A stretch of DNA of 64,000 nucleotides from Octopus sinensis (taxonomy: Eukaryota): contig NC_043016.1 of NCBI RefSeq assembly GCF_006345805.1, forward strand, positions 21,204,001 to 21,268,000. Direction: 5' to 3'. A model generated the notes under the pieces. The model saw only the letters and a program-made list of their open reading frames with translations. It had not been told where the DNA came from and made no database searches. This document shows positions 53,001 to 60,985 of this stretch, piece by piece. Position numbers and translations under genes: made by a program. Within the stretch, counting starts at the first letter, position 1. Each line of letters opens with the position of its first letter.

Positions 53001-56000
53001 AAAATACATGTAGCTCGTGCACTTTCATAACCAGAGGAGGGAATGTAGATTGATGACACACCCCTTTAATCAATTGTTAATTGAGATCCATGGCCCATGA
53101 ACACTGAAGCTTCATCCATAGCAATCATGTTTGAAAGTTAGTGAGACAGTATTTAGAAAGGTCCAGCATGGAAAATGGACATTAAATGATGCTGATGATA
53201 TCCCATCAACAAAGGACTTAGATGCAAGTGCACATTTAATAATCTTGGTATCTTCCAGTTTGAACAGTGTTGTCGGCCTTCTCAGAGAAAATCATGCCGC
53301 TGATGGAAATATACCATACTGTGGACAAATGCTTGATTATCAGTCCTGTGAACAACTAAAGCCTTTGCTCTCCTGTCACAGATGACGTCTTCCAGCTATT
53401 ATCTCCTGTCACAGATGACCCATTCACAGATGATGTCTTCCAATTCAGAAAATAGTGGTTGCATTTCCCTCATCCACTTGTTGACTGAGTTTATTGTAGT
53501 CTTCTTGCCATTTTTGAACCATTTGGAGATCCAAATTCTTTACTTTGCAGAAAACAGTAAAATTATTGCCCAATGATTCCTCCATGACTCCTTTCTTGTA
53601 CTCAATGGAACAACTCTTTCTTCTTTCATTCATCTTGTCTTGGGGTGAAAATGACCTGACAAATTGATTTCCCATTCAATTTCACCATGTTTTTTTCTGG
53701 GAGATTTTTGCCTTGAAAGAAATGTGTACTTTATTATTTTTTGCATCTACTGACCAGTACTGACCACTGATGAAAATCTTATGACACATTTGAAAGCTCC
53801 GAACATGGGCTGCCAGTTGATGTATAGCTTGTTAATATTTGAGTCATGAAAGAGACACCGGGATAGATTTTGTGACGTCATTATTTTTAGCTGCCTAAAA
53901 GATATTTTGAACAGTGAATACACCACAACAAAGTGGTTTGAATGAATATGAAGAGGCTGCTTATTTCTTTCATCTGTCTACCGCTCTCAACAAGGGCTTA
54001 TTTTAAGGGAAGGGCTTATATTAAAATCATCCTGAAAAATCATGCTAGGTCTTATTTTCGGGGAAACAGTAGCTGAAGACATTTTACTAAGTGTAGGTGT
54101 TTTTTTAATTTAAATATTGTTTTGGGGCTTAGTCACAGGAGAAAGCAATCATAACCATTTTCAGAGCCTTTGTGAAAAAACAAAGCTATTCTCAGACTAG
54201 AGTCTGGGCATGAAGGCTTGCAAAAGAATGAGCTCCAGCAAAAACTCTTATGAGCCAATCTGCATGGCAAATTAAAGGTACCACTGAGTAACAATCCCTG
54301 TGAAGGACATCCACAAAGTTCGGTCTATCAAATCTCACTCTCATGGCTTTGTTCAATCTAACACTGGCAGACATTTGCATGCAGTGGAAATGAACCACAT
54401 AACATGGAAAAACCACATAAAAGAGAAGCAAACCTTAATTACACAACCTTGCCTGCACATATACATAAGATAAAAATATTGCTTTCTCATCATGTTATTT
54501 GAATTTTAGTAATAACAAAGAAAGAAAATATTTTACATTCCATGTCATAAAAGTAAACAAATTAGTTCTTATTGCATTCACGAAATATATTATATTCAAA
54601 ATATTTGCAAACATTAAAATAAGTTACAACAAAAAGTAAAAATTTAAAAATAAAATGGAAATTGAATTAATGACAAATTTTTCAGTTAGTAAACTTAGTT
54701 AATAGAACTCACATATTACTTTAAAATTTAGATTGTTAATTCATGTTTTACCTGATTATTCATAAAAACTTTCAAGCATCTCACACATTCATATGTACTC
54801 CTTCGCTCCTGTTTGCTACAAAATGAAAAGTTAATTTGATTTAACATTTCAAGCAGCTACAAATAGAAATTATCTTAGAGAAAATGAAATCTCACTTTCA
54901 AGGTAATTTAATATTAATTGTAGTTAAAGTTTCAAAGAATGCAAAGAAATTAAACTTTTTAAAATTATTTTAAATATACTACAGTTAACTTCTATGTGAA
55001 AAGAAAAGGAAAGGCATATCCAAATGGCAAAACTACTTACAGGTCGCAACAATAAGTAAGATTTCGAAGGATTTCATTCAGACCATTTGAACCAAATTCT
55101 ATAGCCCAACTAAAAAAAGAAAAAGAAAAATTCATTTAAGACAATTTTTGTGAGAAAATTATGCATTTATATTAAATCAATCAATGAAATCAATAAATGA
55201 AAGCAACTGCACAATTTTCCTTATAAATTTAAAACTAAATTCTTAAAACTGGTGTTATATTACAGTTCTTTGAATTAACTTTGTCCTGACAATTTTTGTG
55301 AGAAAATTATGCATTTATATTAAATCAATCAATGAAATCAATAAATGAAAGCAAGTGCACAATTTTCCTTATAAATTTAAAACTAAATTCTTAAAACTGG
55401 TGTTATATTACAGTTCTTTGAATTAACTTTGTCCTGTCAGTTTTGTAAGTTTTTAAATTCTACGAACATCTTACATTGTTTTCTAAAACAAGAAAGTCAA
55501 GTTAAATCAGTTGATAGAAATCAGAACATGGATAAGAGCATATTTCAAAGCCATACAGTCTTAAAAACAAAAACTAAAAATGTGAAAGATGAATGGTAGA
55601 TCACTGAAAGATGACAGGTTGGTCATGAGAAAGTAAGTATTGCAAATATAAAAAATAAAACAATAAGAACATGGTTTCTTTGGTTCAATCAGATTTACTG
55701 CCACCCTCATCACCACTATACACATTTGTAAGTACATATATAACACATGCATATACACACAGGAATGACATGCACACATCATGACCACCTCTTCCTAACA
55801 TCTAGCTTCTATACCACATTGATGGGATAGTTTGGCAGGGAACCAAATCACACTCCAATGACTAATTTGTCAGGGTTTTTGATGCCCATCATTTGACAGT
55901 ATGTACTGAGTGCTTTTCTCATACTACTCACACTAGTGATGATTGCCCTATAACTTACAAGGTTAAGGGCTTAAAGTGGCCCCTATAACTGAAAACAGGA

Positions 56001-59000
56001 CAAAGTGGGCAATGATTCTAGGTGAGGCAATGAGGTATGGTAAGAAAATGCAGGGATAAGGAAGGGAAGAAGGGACAGAGGAGGTTTTAATGAGAGACAG
56101 AGAGGGATATAGTTCAAAACTAATAGGATAAGTTGTACAAGGCAGAGTACAGTGTGATCAAACATTATACAGAATTAGTACAGACTGACAGTGTGACAAA
56201 AAGGGAGCTAGAAGAGAGCGGTTTAGCAATTGATGAGTGGAGAAGAGTCCAGAGAAAGTCAATAAAGGAAAGAGAGATATGGAGATAGATCAGACACAGA
56301 AAGAAGAGGGGTACTGAAGAGGCAGAAAACTTGCAGCAGAGAGGGTAGTGATAGACAAGGAGGTAGAGAAGAGAGAGAGGTGCAAGGAGATAGTGAAAGG
56401 TGCAATAAAAGTAGGATGGGGGGAGCAGGAGGAGGAGGCAGTAAGGGAAGAGAGGAGAAGGAGAAGGAGAATGTGATTGCCATAAAAGCATCCTACATAT
56501 GGAAGTAGGTAGTGAGCATGGAGAACAAATAAGGATAGAGATTGGGGAAAATAATAAGGGAGTGCATAAATGAAAGAAAAGTTAAAAGGTATCCTATAGG
56601 CGTAAGGGTGATGAAGGTAAGGTAAGATTGTGTTGGGTGGCAATAAAAGTAACCTGAGAGGATATGTGCGGTGCATGATGAAAAAATGTGAGTCCTGGAA
56701 TGGAGCTGTTTGGCAGTAGAGACAGTAATGTAAGCATTGTGGAAACATATATATGCCTATTATATAAATACTAGCAGTATCGCCCGGCGTTGCTCGGGTT
56801 TGTAAGGGAAATAACTATATAAGCATTTTTAGAGAGTTACTTCCCTTATAGATGCCAATTCGGGCTTTCTTAGCCATTTCTGTTTTGGTGTCTTCAAGCC
56901 ATGAAGTCGTTGTTCTAAAAGAACGCTGGTCTCCTTGACAACGCTTTACGACGTTGATTTCCTTACACTCCCTTCCCCACAACTTCACGAGGGAGGGAAG
57001 AAGGGGGAGAAGCAAACAGGTGCAGGTGTGACCATGGACGCCAACTCCGCCGCCATCGACACACGAAAAATTATGCATTAAAATGGAATAAAAAATGATG
57101 TTAAATTATTTTTTAAATCGTAGACTCATCGTAGACGCGCGCTAATACTCAGACGGGCTTGATATGAATCACGACTATAAGATACCCGAATTTGGTTAAA
57201 CTGCACCGCAAAATGTGGGAGTAGTTAGGAATCTAAATCGAAGGGGACAGACACTCACACAACTACAGCTTTATATATATAGATATATTCACACACACTC
57301 GTACATAGGCATTCAAATCATTGCTGACTGACCTGGCATTTCCCCTTCCTTCCCAACTCCATCATAAAACCCAATTTTGTTTCCTCTCAACCCTTTCTGT
57401 CAAAGAGTGTAGGCTTGAACCGTCAAAGATTCCTCTATTCTTTGTAACTCCCTCTCTTCCATCTGTGGTCACTCACTGCATTCCCCTCCCCACCATCAAC
57501 CACTCTGCTTTTGCACTCAGGAACTTACCTGCCCACTCACCCTATCCAAGCCTCTGTACCACTTCACTTACATACCCTTCCCCATTACTTGAGGATGTAC
57601 CCCAACACATCTTCACCATCTTCTTTCCCCTTTCCTCTCTCTTCTCTTGTTCCAACTGGGTGGCACAAAGCCACCTCCCACCATATCACTCTCCTCTCAG
57701 TTGAGGGGTTTTATATTGCCAGTTACTTGATGCCCTTGCTGGTGCTGCTGTCACACAAAAAGCACCCAGCACACTCTGTAAAGTCGTTGGTATCAGGAGA
57801 GTGACCAACCATAAAAACCACACCAAAGCAGACAGTAGAGCTTGACATACTCCTCTGGCTCACCAGCTCCAGCATACAACACATTCTGATGACGGAGCAA
57901 AGCAAGGAAACTCTGACAGAGTTGCTTAACCTGCAAGAAACAGCCTCTTCATTTCCCTCACAGTCATCATACCAACCTTTGTAGACAGGCATCATACCAA
58001 CCATTTCCAAAAAAAGAAAGAACACATTGGACGAAGTACACGAAATAGGATGCGCTATCATAGATAACTTGATGTTGAAAAAACAGCAATAAATGACCAG
58101 GGTTCTTCAATAACATTCATCTAATTTCCTTTCTTTCCTCATTTAATTTCATCAATCAACTCATTTTATCATAATCATCATACTCAATGATCAGAAATTT
58201 AATTACCTGACTGGATTGCTTGATAAAGATACTCGTGCAGATTCTAAAACTTTCAATCGTTTTTCCCCTTTAAGATTGGGATCTTGAAGAGATGCAATAA
58301 AATGTTCTGGTGTTCTAAGGATATTTTGCTATAAAGAAACATATATTATTTATAAAGTAATTCTCAAATCAATAACACTGAAATCAATAATTCATTTTAC
58401 TATTAACAAGTATTATTTAAAATTTTGCAGTCATTTTGTTCTATGCTTCTTGGAGAATTAGAGGTTGATTTTTATTTCTAAAAGAGCAGTACACCATACA
58501 TAAGAACAATATAATGCTTCTTCTAGCATTTGGAGATAGCAAGCTGAGTATTCTCTCTCTCTCTCTCACACGTGCACACACACACAATTTAATATTTAAT
58601 ATTTATATGGGCTTTTAAGTTTCCTTCCTTAAACTGATAAAATAATATATCAAAGAACTGATTTGTATCAAAATTGAAAACAGAAAATTCTCAATGAATT
58701 ATAACCTGAAGCTTAAACAAAAACAAAACAAAAATCTGATGGCAGTTGTTGGTAACCCTCAAAAGAGAGAGTTACTAACAATTACTGCCAGGTTTTATTT
58801 TTTTGTTTTCAACTAAGACGCAAATTTTAATTCACTGAGATCTTTTAGTATATGATTCAAATACATCAACATCTACATGAATTATCTAAATTTGTGCCAT
58901 TGGTCAACTTAAGTTACTTCCTTTAGATCACTTTTATGTAGTCAATGAATGCATTAGGGATCTGTATAACTTAGCTAATCATTCAATAATAATGCAAGCA

Positions 59001-59154
59001 CAAAAAATATATATAAAATACTTACTTTACTACTCTTTGCTTGACTTTCGAGCATTTTTTTCTTTTCATCTTGAATATCAAGCATCTTTTTCTTCTCCTC
59101 AATAGATTTGTTTCTTAACGGAGCCTTCTTTTCTTCATTTAGATTTAATTCATT
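738..59154 (-). CDS. DIAPH: Diaphanous-related formin (partial gene model, 17 coding exons found; start and stop not seen)
   Basis: 17 exons join in frame with matching splice phases (2325 nt). Diagnostic Dia motifs: [103 protein letters not shown], poly-Pro FH1, [32 protein letters not shown]. Confidence 0.95.
1072..1302 (+). mobile_element. tRNA-derived SINE, family 1
   Basis: GCGGCGAGCTGGCAGAA head, B-box-like GAGTTCAAATTCC, 12-bp TSD GGTATGATAAAA (1060-1071, 1303-1314); other copies at about 20430-20545(-), 25772-25985(+), 36563-36795(-), 37126-37328(+). Confidence 0.88.
1990..2795 (-). mobile_element. Penelope-like 3' fragment, family A
   Basis: Minus strand reads [11 protein letters not shown]...[20 protein letters not shown]; homologous to 15520-16187. 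Confidence 0.85.
2878..3815. mobile_element. Mosaic of Naiad-type Penelope fragments in alternating orientation
   Basis: Plus 2878-3200 [30 protein letters not shown]; minus 3225-3635 [33 protein letters not shown]...CPL...C..IYEA.V..YI; plus 3640-3815 [22 protein letters not shown]. Confidence 0.8.
4126..4212 (-). CDS. DIAPH: Dia exon (FH2): [29 protein letters not shown]
   Basis: CAG/GTGAGT boundaries; 87 nt, phase 0-0. Confidence 0.92.
5551..5747 (-). CDS. DIAPH: Dia exon (FH2): [22 protein letters not shown]...[11 protein letters not shown]
   Basis: CAG/GTAAGT boundaries; 197 nt, phase 1-0; includes the conserved actin-contacting Ile of QNLSI. Confidence 0.95.
6847..7161. mobile_element. 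Foldback/MITE, almost fully palindromic
   Basis: ATTGTATAAAGGA...TCCTTTATACAAT with about 150-bp complementary arms. Confidence 0.85.
8299..8379 (-). CDS. DIAPH: Dia exon (FH2): [27 protein letters not shown]
   Basis: CAG/GTAAG boundaries; 81 nt, phase 1-1; KELKVLD.K.AQNL motif. Confidence 0.9.
9003..9375 (-). mobile_element. SINE family 2 copy
   Basis: Reverse-complement similarity to 38318-38718. Confidence 0.8.
9870..10300 (-). mobile_element. Penelope-like endonuclease C-terminal fragment
   Basis: Minus strand [23 protein letters not shown]...[15 protein letters not shown]. Confidence 0.75.
10640..10687 (+). ncRNA. Hammerhead-like motif with variant core (CCGATGA)
   Basis: GTTT-CCGATGA-AGGGATAT..ATATCTCA-GAAAC-AACT-GTA-AGAC. 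Confidence 0.55.
10888..11302. repeat. Long inverted repeat (arms 10888-11077 and 11114-11302, 36-nt spacer)
   Basis: Arms are near reverse complements by eye; each carries a hammerhead copy; region flanked by (TA)n tracts. Confidence 0.92.
10921..11009 (-). ncRNA. Type I hammerhead ribozyme motif, intact core
   Basis: Minus strand: ATGCAG-CTGAAGA-long stem II-GAAAC-GATC-GTA-CTGCAT; 6-bp stem I, palindromic stem III ACGATCGT. Confidence 0.8.
11306..11371. repeat. (TA)n microsatellite (one of many TA/CA/GA tracts, e.g. 6548-6710, 9788-9853, 12213-12296, 60748-60816, 60944-61004)
   Basis: Direct reading of the sequence. Confidence 0.95.
11450..12210 (-). mobile_element. Penelope-like pLTR fragment, family A, with a short inverted copy of its end
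   Basis: Homologous to 1990-2700; 12136-12205 is an inverted copy of about 11525-11597. Confidence 0.8.
12491..12542 (-). ncRNA. Hammerhead-like motif, same family as 10640-10687 (core CCAATGA)
   Basis: Minus strand: GTCT-CCAATGA-AGGGATATT..AATATCCTA-GAAAC-AGCT-GTA-AGAC. Confidence 0.55.
12800..13900 (-). mobile_element. Penelope-like element (Naiad-type) 3' part: GIY-YIG endonuclease plus pLTR
   Basis: ORF 13251..13817: [35 protein letters not shown], then CKH; hammerhead motif downstream at 12830-12914. Confidence 0.88.
12830..12914 (-). ncRNA. Type I hammerhead ribozyme motif, intact core, minimal stem III
   Basis: Minus strand: CTTCC-CTGAAGA-GAAGAT..ATCTTC-GAAAC-GT-GTC-AGAAG; lies 3' of the GIY-YIG ORF. 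Confidence 0.72.
14030..14590. repeat. Degenerate minisatellite, unit about 55-60 bp
   Basis: Roughly nine recurrences of cagtaccccatgactatcacttcaattg..ttttgaactattgaccac. Confidence 0.75.
15195..16187 (+). mobile_element. Penelope-like element 3' fragment (GIY-YIG plus pLTR), family A
   Basis: CSCRE..LVYKCTV..VYIGQ..FKNYYHN..STSLADF, RLCSEE..IINRISE; same family as 1990-2795 and 11450-12120. Confidence 0.85.
16188..18920 (-). mobile_element. RTE-clade LINE, 5'-truncated and decayed, (GAT)n tail
   Basis: Endonuclease end ([13 protein letters not shown]), linker [59 protein letters not shown]; tail catcatcat at 16188. Confidence 0.9.
21101..22664 (-). mobile_element. mariner DNA transposon relic with a nested MITE and a duplicated 3' end
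   Basis: TA-flanked TIRs (GAGGTGGTATCAAAAA / TTTTTGATACCACCTTG); remnants [47 protein letters not shown]. Confidence 0.8.
24661..25491. mobile_element. Old TIR element/MITE with decayed inverted ends
   Basis: 24661-24765 is loosely the reverse complement of 25385-25491; internal sub-repeats. Confidence 0.5.
26857..26971 (-). CDS. DIAPH: Dia exon (FH2 lasso): [38 protein letters not shown]
   Basis: TAG acceptor after a (TTTA)n tract, GTTAGT donor; 115 nt, phase 0-1. Confidence 0.92.
27200..28430 (+). mobile_element. Decayed non-LTR retrotransposon 3' part with restriction-like endonuclease (HERO-like)
   Basis: Remnant motifs [30 protein letters not shown] in broken frames; clade assignment from memory of motifs only. 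Confidence 0.5.
30202..30627 (-). CDS. DIAPH: Dia exon (FH1 poly-proline and start of FH2, ..[16 protein letters not shown])
   Basis: CAG/GTATGC boundaries; 426 nt, phase 0-0; overlaps track ORF 30160..30606. Confidence 0.95.
31457..31676. mobile_element. piggyBac-type MITE
   Basis: TTAA on both sides; TIR CCCTTTAG../..CTAAAGGG; inserted in the TTAA of an RTE-type tail (ggacaTTAAatgatgatg). Confidence 0.85.
32434..32600 (-). CDS. DIAPH: Dia exon (coiled coil): [56 protein letters not shown]
   Basis: CAG/GTTTCG boundaries; 167 nt, phase 1-0; overlaps track ORF 32338..32550. Confidence 0.9.
34477..34595 (-). CDS. DIAPH: Dia exon: [39 protein letters not shown]
   Basis: CAG/GTATGT boundaries; 119 nt, phase 2-1. 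Confidence 0.95.
35470..37110 (-). mobile_element. Older RTE LINE relic interrupted by a SINE
   Basis: Colinear by-eye similarity to 17400-18800; many stops and indels. Confidence 0.75.
36563..36795 (-). mobile_element. SINE family 1 copy inserted in the RTE relic
   Basis: Reverse copy of 1072-1302; TSD TTGCTAATA (36554-36562, 36796-36804). Confidence 0.88.
38318..38718 (+). mobile_element. tRNA-derived SINE, family 2 (full length)
   Basis: A-box-like TGGCTGTGTGG, B-box-like GGTTCAGTCCC, internal (TG)n, tail GACTGAAACAAATAAAAG; other copies at about 355-670(-), 9003-9375(-), 15020-15180, 29315-29680, 35305-35420, 54300-54450(-). Confidence 0.88.
38808..38924 (-). CDS. DIAPH: Dia exon (dimerisation domain): [39 protein letters not shown]
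   Basis: AC acceptor of the U12 intron, GTAAGT donor; 117 nt, phase 2-2; FLSILQH.LL.R motif. Confidence 0.93.
38925..40205 (-). other. U12-type (minor spliceosome) AT-AC intron, 1281 nt
   Basis: 5' site ATATCCTTT (40205-40197); branch site TCCTTAAC (38942-38935) followed by 10 nt ending in terminal AC (38926-38925); splicing here keeps the Dia frame (..IEL S NIEDCY..). Confidence 0.95.
39392..39756 (-). mobile_element. Non-autonomous Helitron-type element
   Basis: Minus strand A|TC start and CTAG|T end, with GC-rich terminal hairpin GACCCGGC-GTT-GCCGGGTC; no TSD. Confidence 0.75.
40206..40330 (-). CDS. DIAPH: Dia exon: [41 protein letters not shown](S)
   Basis: TAG acceptor; ends at U12 donor ATATCCTTT; 125 nt, phase 0-2. 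Confidence 0.9.
41157..41267 (-). CDS. DIAPH: Dia exon (FH3): [37 protein letters not shown]
   Basis: TAG/GTTTGT boundaries; 111 nt, phase 0-0. Confidence 0.95.
42017..42434 (+). repeat. 5' LTR
   Basis: TGTAGTG...CGTTACA; AATAAA at 42304-42309; appears identical to 46890-47307 and yields identical ORF translations. Confidence 0.97.
42437..42446 (+). promoter_or_regulatory. Primer-binding site, tRNA-Trp type (TGGTGACCCC)
   Basis: 2 nt after the 5' LTR; complementary to the tRNA-Trp 3' end ..GGGGTCACCA. Confidence 0.8.
42816..43550 (+). pseudogene. gag: gag (frameshifted in this sequence)
   Basis: LPSF...[27 protein letters not shown]-terminal CWYH..Y...A..C..PC (CHCC) knuckle, stop TAA 43548-43550; about three frame breaks. 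Confidence 0.85.
43541..46760 (+). pseudogene. pol: pol (protease, RT, RNase H, integrase); frameshifted in this sequence
   Basis: PR FMVDTGS; [26 protein letters not shown]; [27 protein letters not shown]; [36 protein letters not shown]; C-terminal TKSGR; track ORFs 43472, 43867, 44763 and 45412 are consecutive pieces. Confidence 0.95.
46890..47307 (+). repeat. 3' LTR
   Basis: Direct repeat of 42017-42434, preceded by polypurine tract GGAGGGGAG. Confidence 0.97.
48401..48821. mobile_element. MITE with long (about 170-bp) TIRs; related copy at about 21153-21563
   Basis: TATGATCAGAATTTAGGCTAGTTGAAATATGTTC.. / ..GAACATATTTCAACTAGCCTAAATTCTGCTCATA; internal segment shared in reverse with 21320-21375. 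Confidence 0.85.
48915..49023 (-). CDS. DIAPH: Dia exon (FH3): [36 protein letters not shown]
   Basis: TAG/GTTTGT boundaries; 109 nt, phase 2-0; RFQPI..GL motif. Confidence 0.92.
51767..51900 (-). CDS. DIAPH: Dia exon (DID): [45 protein letters not shown]
   Basis: CAG/GTAAT boundaries; 134 nt, phase 0-2. Confidence 0.92.
52066..54069 (-). mobile_element. pogo-superfamily (DD35D, Tc2/Passer-like) DNA transposon, decayed
   Basis: TA-flanked imperfect TIRs (CTGTGTTTCCTTGAAAATAAGA / TCTTATTTTCGGGGAAACAG); transposase remnants [37 protein letters not shown]-35[12 protein letters not shown]. Confidence 0.88.
54752..54815 (-). CDS. DIAPH: Dia exon: [21 protein letters not shown]
   Basis: AG/GT boundaries; 64 nt, phase 2-0; resembles RCLKAFMNN motif. 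Confidence 0.92.
55041..55109 (-). CDS. DIAPH: Dia exon: [22 protein letters not shown]
   Basis: Poly-T acceptor ending TAG, GTAAGT donor; 69 nt, phase 2-2. Confidence 0.9.
55140..55435. repeat. Tandem duplication, 2 x 148 bp
   Basis: Copies start at 55140 and 55288; one substitution seen (gcaaCtgc / gcaaGtgc). Confidence 0.93.
56771..57283 (-). mobile_element. Non-autonomous Helitron-type element
   Basis: Minus strand A|TCTATATATATAAAG start, subterminal hairpin CCCGAGC-AAC-GCCGGG, CTAG|T end. Confidence 0.8.
58207..58328 (-). CDS. DIAPH: Dia exon (GBD/DID): [41 protein letters not shown]
   Basis: AG/GTAAT boundaries; 122 nt, phase 0-2; resembles LESLRVSL..NPVS of Dia proteins. Confidence 0.92.
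59026..59154 (-). CDS. DIAPH: Dia exon (GBD): [43 protein letters not shown]
   Basis: AG acceptor at 59156-59155, GTAAG donor from 59025; 129 nt, phase 0-0. Confidence 0.9.
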
Positions 59155-59259
59155 CTAAGAACAAAAAAATTATATATATATATATTATCACAAGCATCAC
59201 TTAACATCCATTTCCCATGCTAGCATGGATTGGACAATTTAACATGAACTGACAAGCCA

Positions 59260-59932
59260 AAAATACATAACCAAAAATAAACCTCTGTACTTGGCTCTCG
59301 TTGACATGTAGAAAGCCTTTGACAGGGTCTCTAGATCCCTTATCTGGTGGTTAATGTGGAAACTAGGGATAGATGAGTGGTTAATGAAAGCTATACAAGC
59401 CATATACAGAGACACTACCAGTAAGGTGAGGGTTGGCAACAAGTACAATGAAAAATTTAGGGTACAGTTCACCAAGGATCAGTCCTCGGCCCTCCTCTTA
59501 TTTATCATAGTCCTCCAGGCAATAACAGAGGAATTCAAGACAGGATGCCCCTGGGAATTGATGTCCTTGCTCTAATAGCTGAGTCACTATTAGAACTAGA
59601 GGAAGAAGTTTTAGGTGTCAAAGGGCCTTAGTCAATGTTAACAAAAACCTAAGTCTTAGTGAGTAGGAAGGCAGATAAATCACAAATCCCCTCAGGTAGA
59701 TGGTCCTGCTTGATCTGAAGCAAAGGCATAGGTAGAAAGTTCCTAAGATGTACCTGGTGTAAGATATGGACACATAAGAAATGCAGCAATATCAAAGGAA
59801 GGCTAACTGAGAAGACAGTCTTTGTGTGTGCAGCAATAAACATTGAAAATGTGTAGAAAACAGCTTCCATCTCATGCCAGGAGAAAAAACTAGAATTAGT
59901 TGATAGCTTTCACTACCTAGGTGACCAAGTCT
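59260..59932 (+). mobile_element. RTE LINE RT fragment
   Basis: [48 protein letters not shown]. Confidence 0.85.
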
Positions 59933-60755
59933 TGGAATACTTCAAGGGGTTCTATTGGGGGTATATTATCGTGTTGTTGATATCTGAGCAACAAAGGTAC
60001 AAGATGAATAAAATAAGAGAATTCAAGAGGTCTCATAGTTTCAATTTGCTTTAAAATAGGTTTCTCTGACCTATCTTTATCAAATAAATTTGCCTGGAAA
60101 ATGCCTTAAAATTCAGAGTGATAGAAATTCTAAGCATCACCAATGGAAAACTTGTTATTTCTTAACATTTATTTTTATTTCATTATTGTTGCTGTTTATC
60201 TATCTATTGTTTTGTTTTATTAAGAGGCTCCAGTGGAGGTGAGTGTAAGACAAAAGCTTCCCAGCAAAAAGTCCCCGCCCCCTCATAAGTTAAAGCCTCA
60301 TAATTTAAAGTATGAAGGTGTATAAAAGCTTCACGGTTCTCAGACACACTTTTTTTTTTTATTGACAAAAAAAAGTGGACAGGAGTATAGAGCAAAAGCC
60401 CTCACCCCTACTCAGACAAAACCCCCCTAGGACAAAGCCCACACACACAAAACAAAAAAAAGCCCCTTAATTAAAGTATGAAAAGTAGACATTTCTCTCT
60501 TCCCGCTCCCCCAACAAAAGCCCTATAGTTAAAGTATTAAAGTGGATAAAAGTCCCACTGTTCTCAGACATACTTTTTTTGACAAAAAGAAATTACAAAT
60601 AAATATCTGATAAATTGGGGGTAGACAAATTTGATATTTATTGCATTTATTTTGTAATCGTTCTGTTATGTAGTAAGGCTACATTTTTATATTCTGTGTC
60701 CAGTAATGATCAACACACTGGTATGCAGTGTTCTTTATTATTATTCGATAGATAG

Positions 60756-60822
<67 letters not shown>

Positions 60823-60941
60823 TAACTATAACAAGTACCACAAAAGCAGCTGGAAATATAAATTTTAGGAAATAGGTCAGAATGACATAGTTTTGTAAAC
60901 TTTTTTTTGTATGTAATTTAATGTTTTCCCATTCAGTTCGA

Positions 60942-60985
<44 letters not shown>

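Noticed and set aside
55980-56750. Leu/Pro/Ser-rich minus-strand ORFs
   Set aside because: By-product of a low-complexity purine-rich tract.
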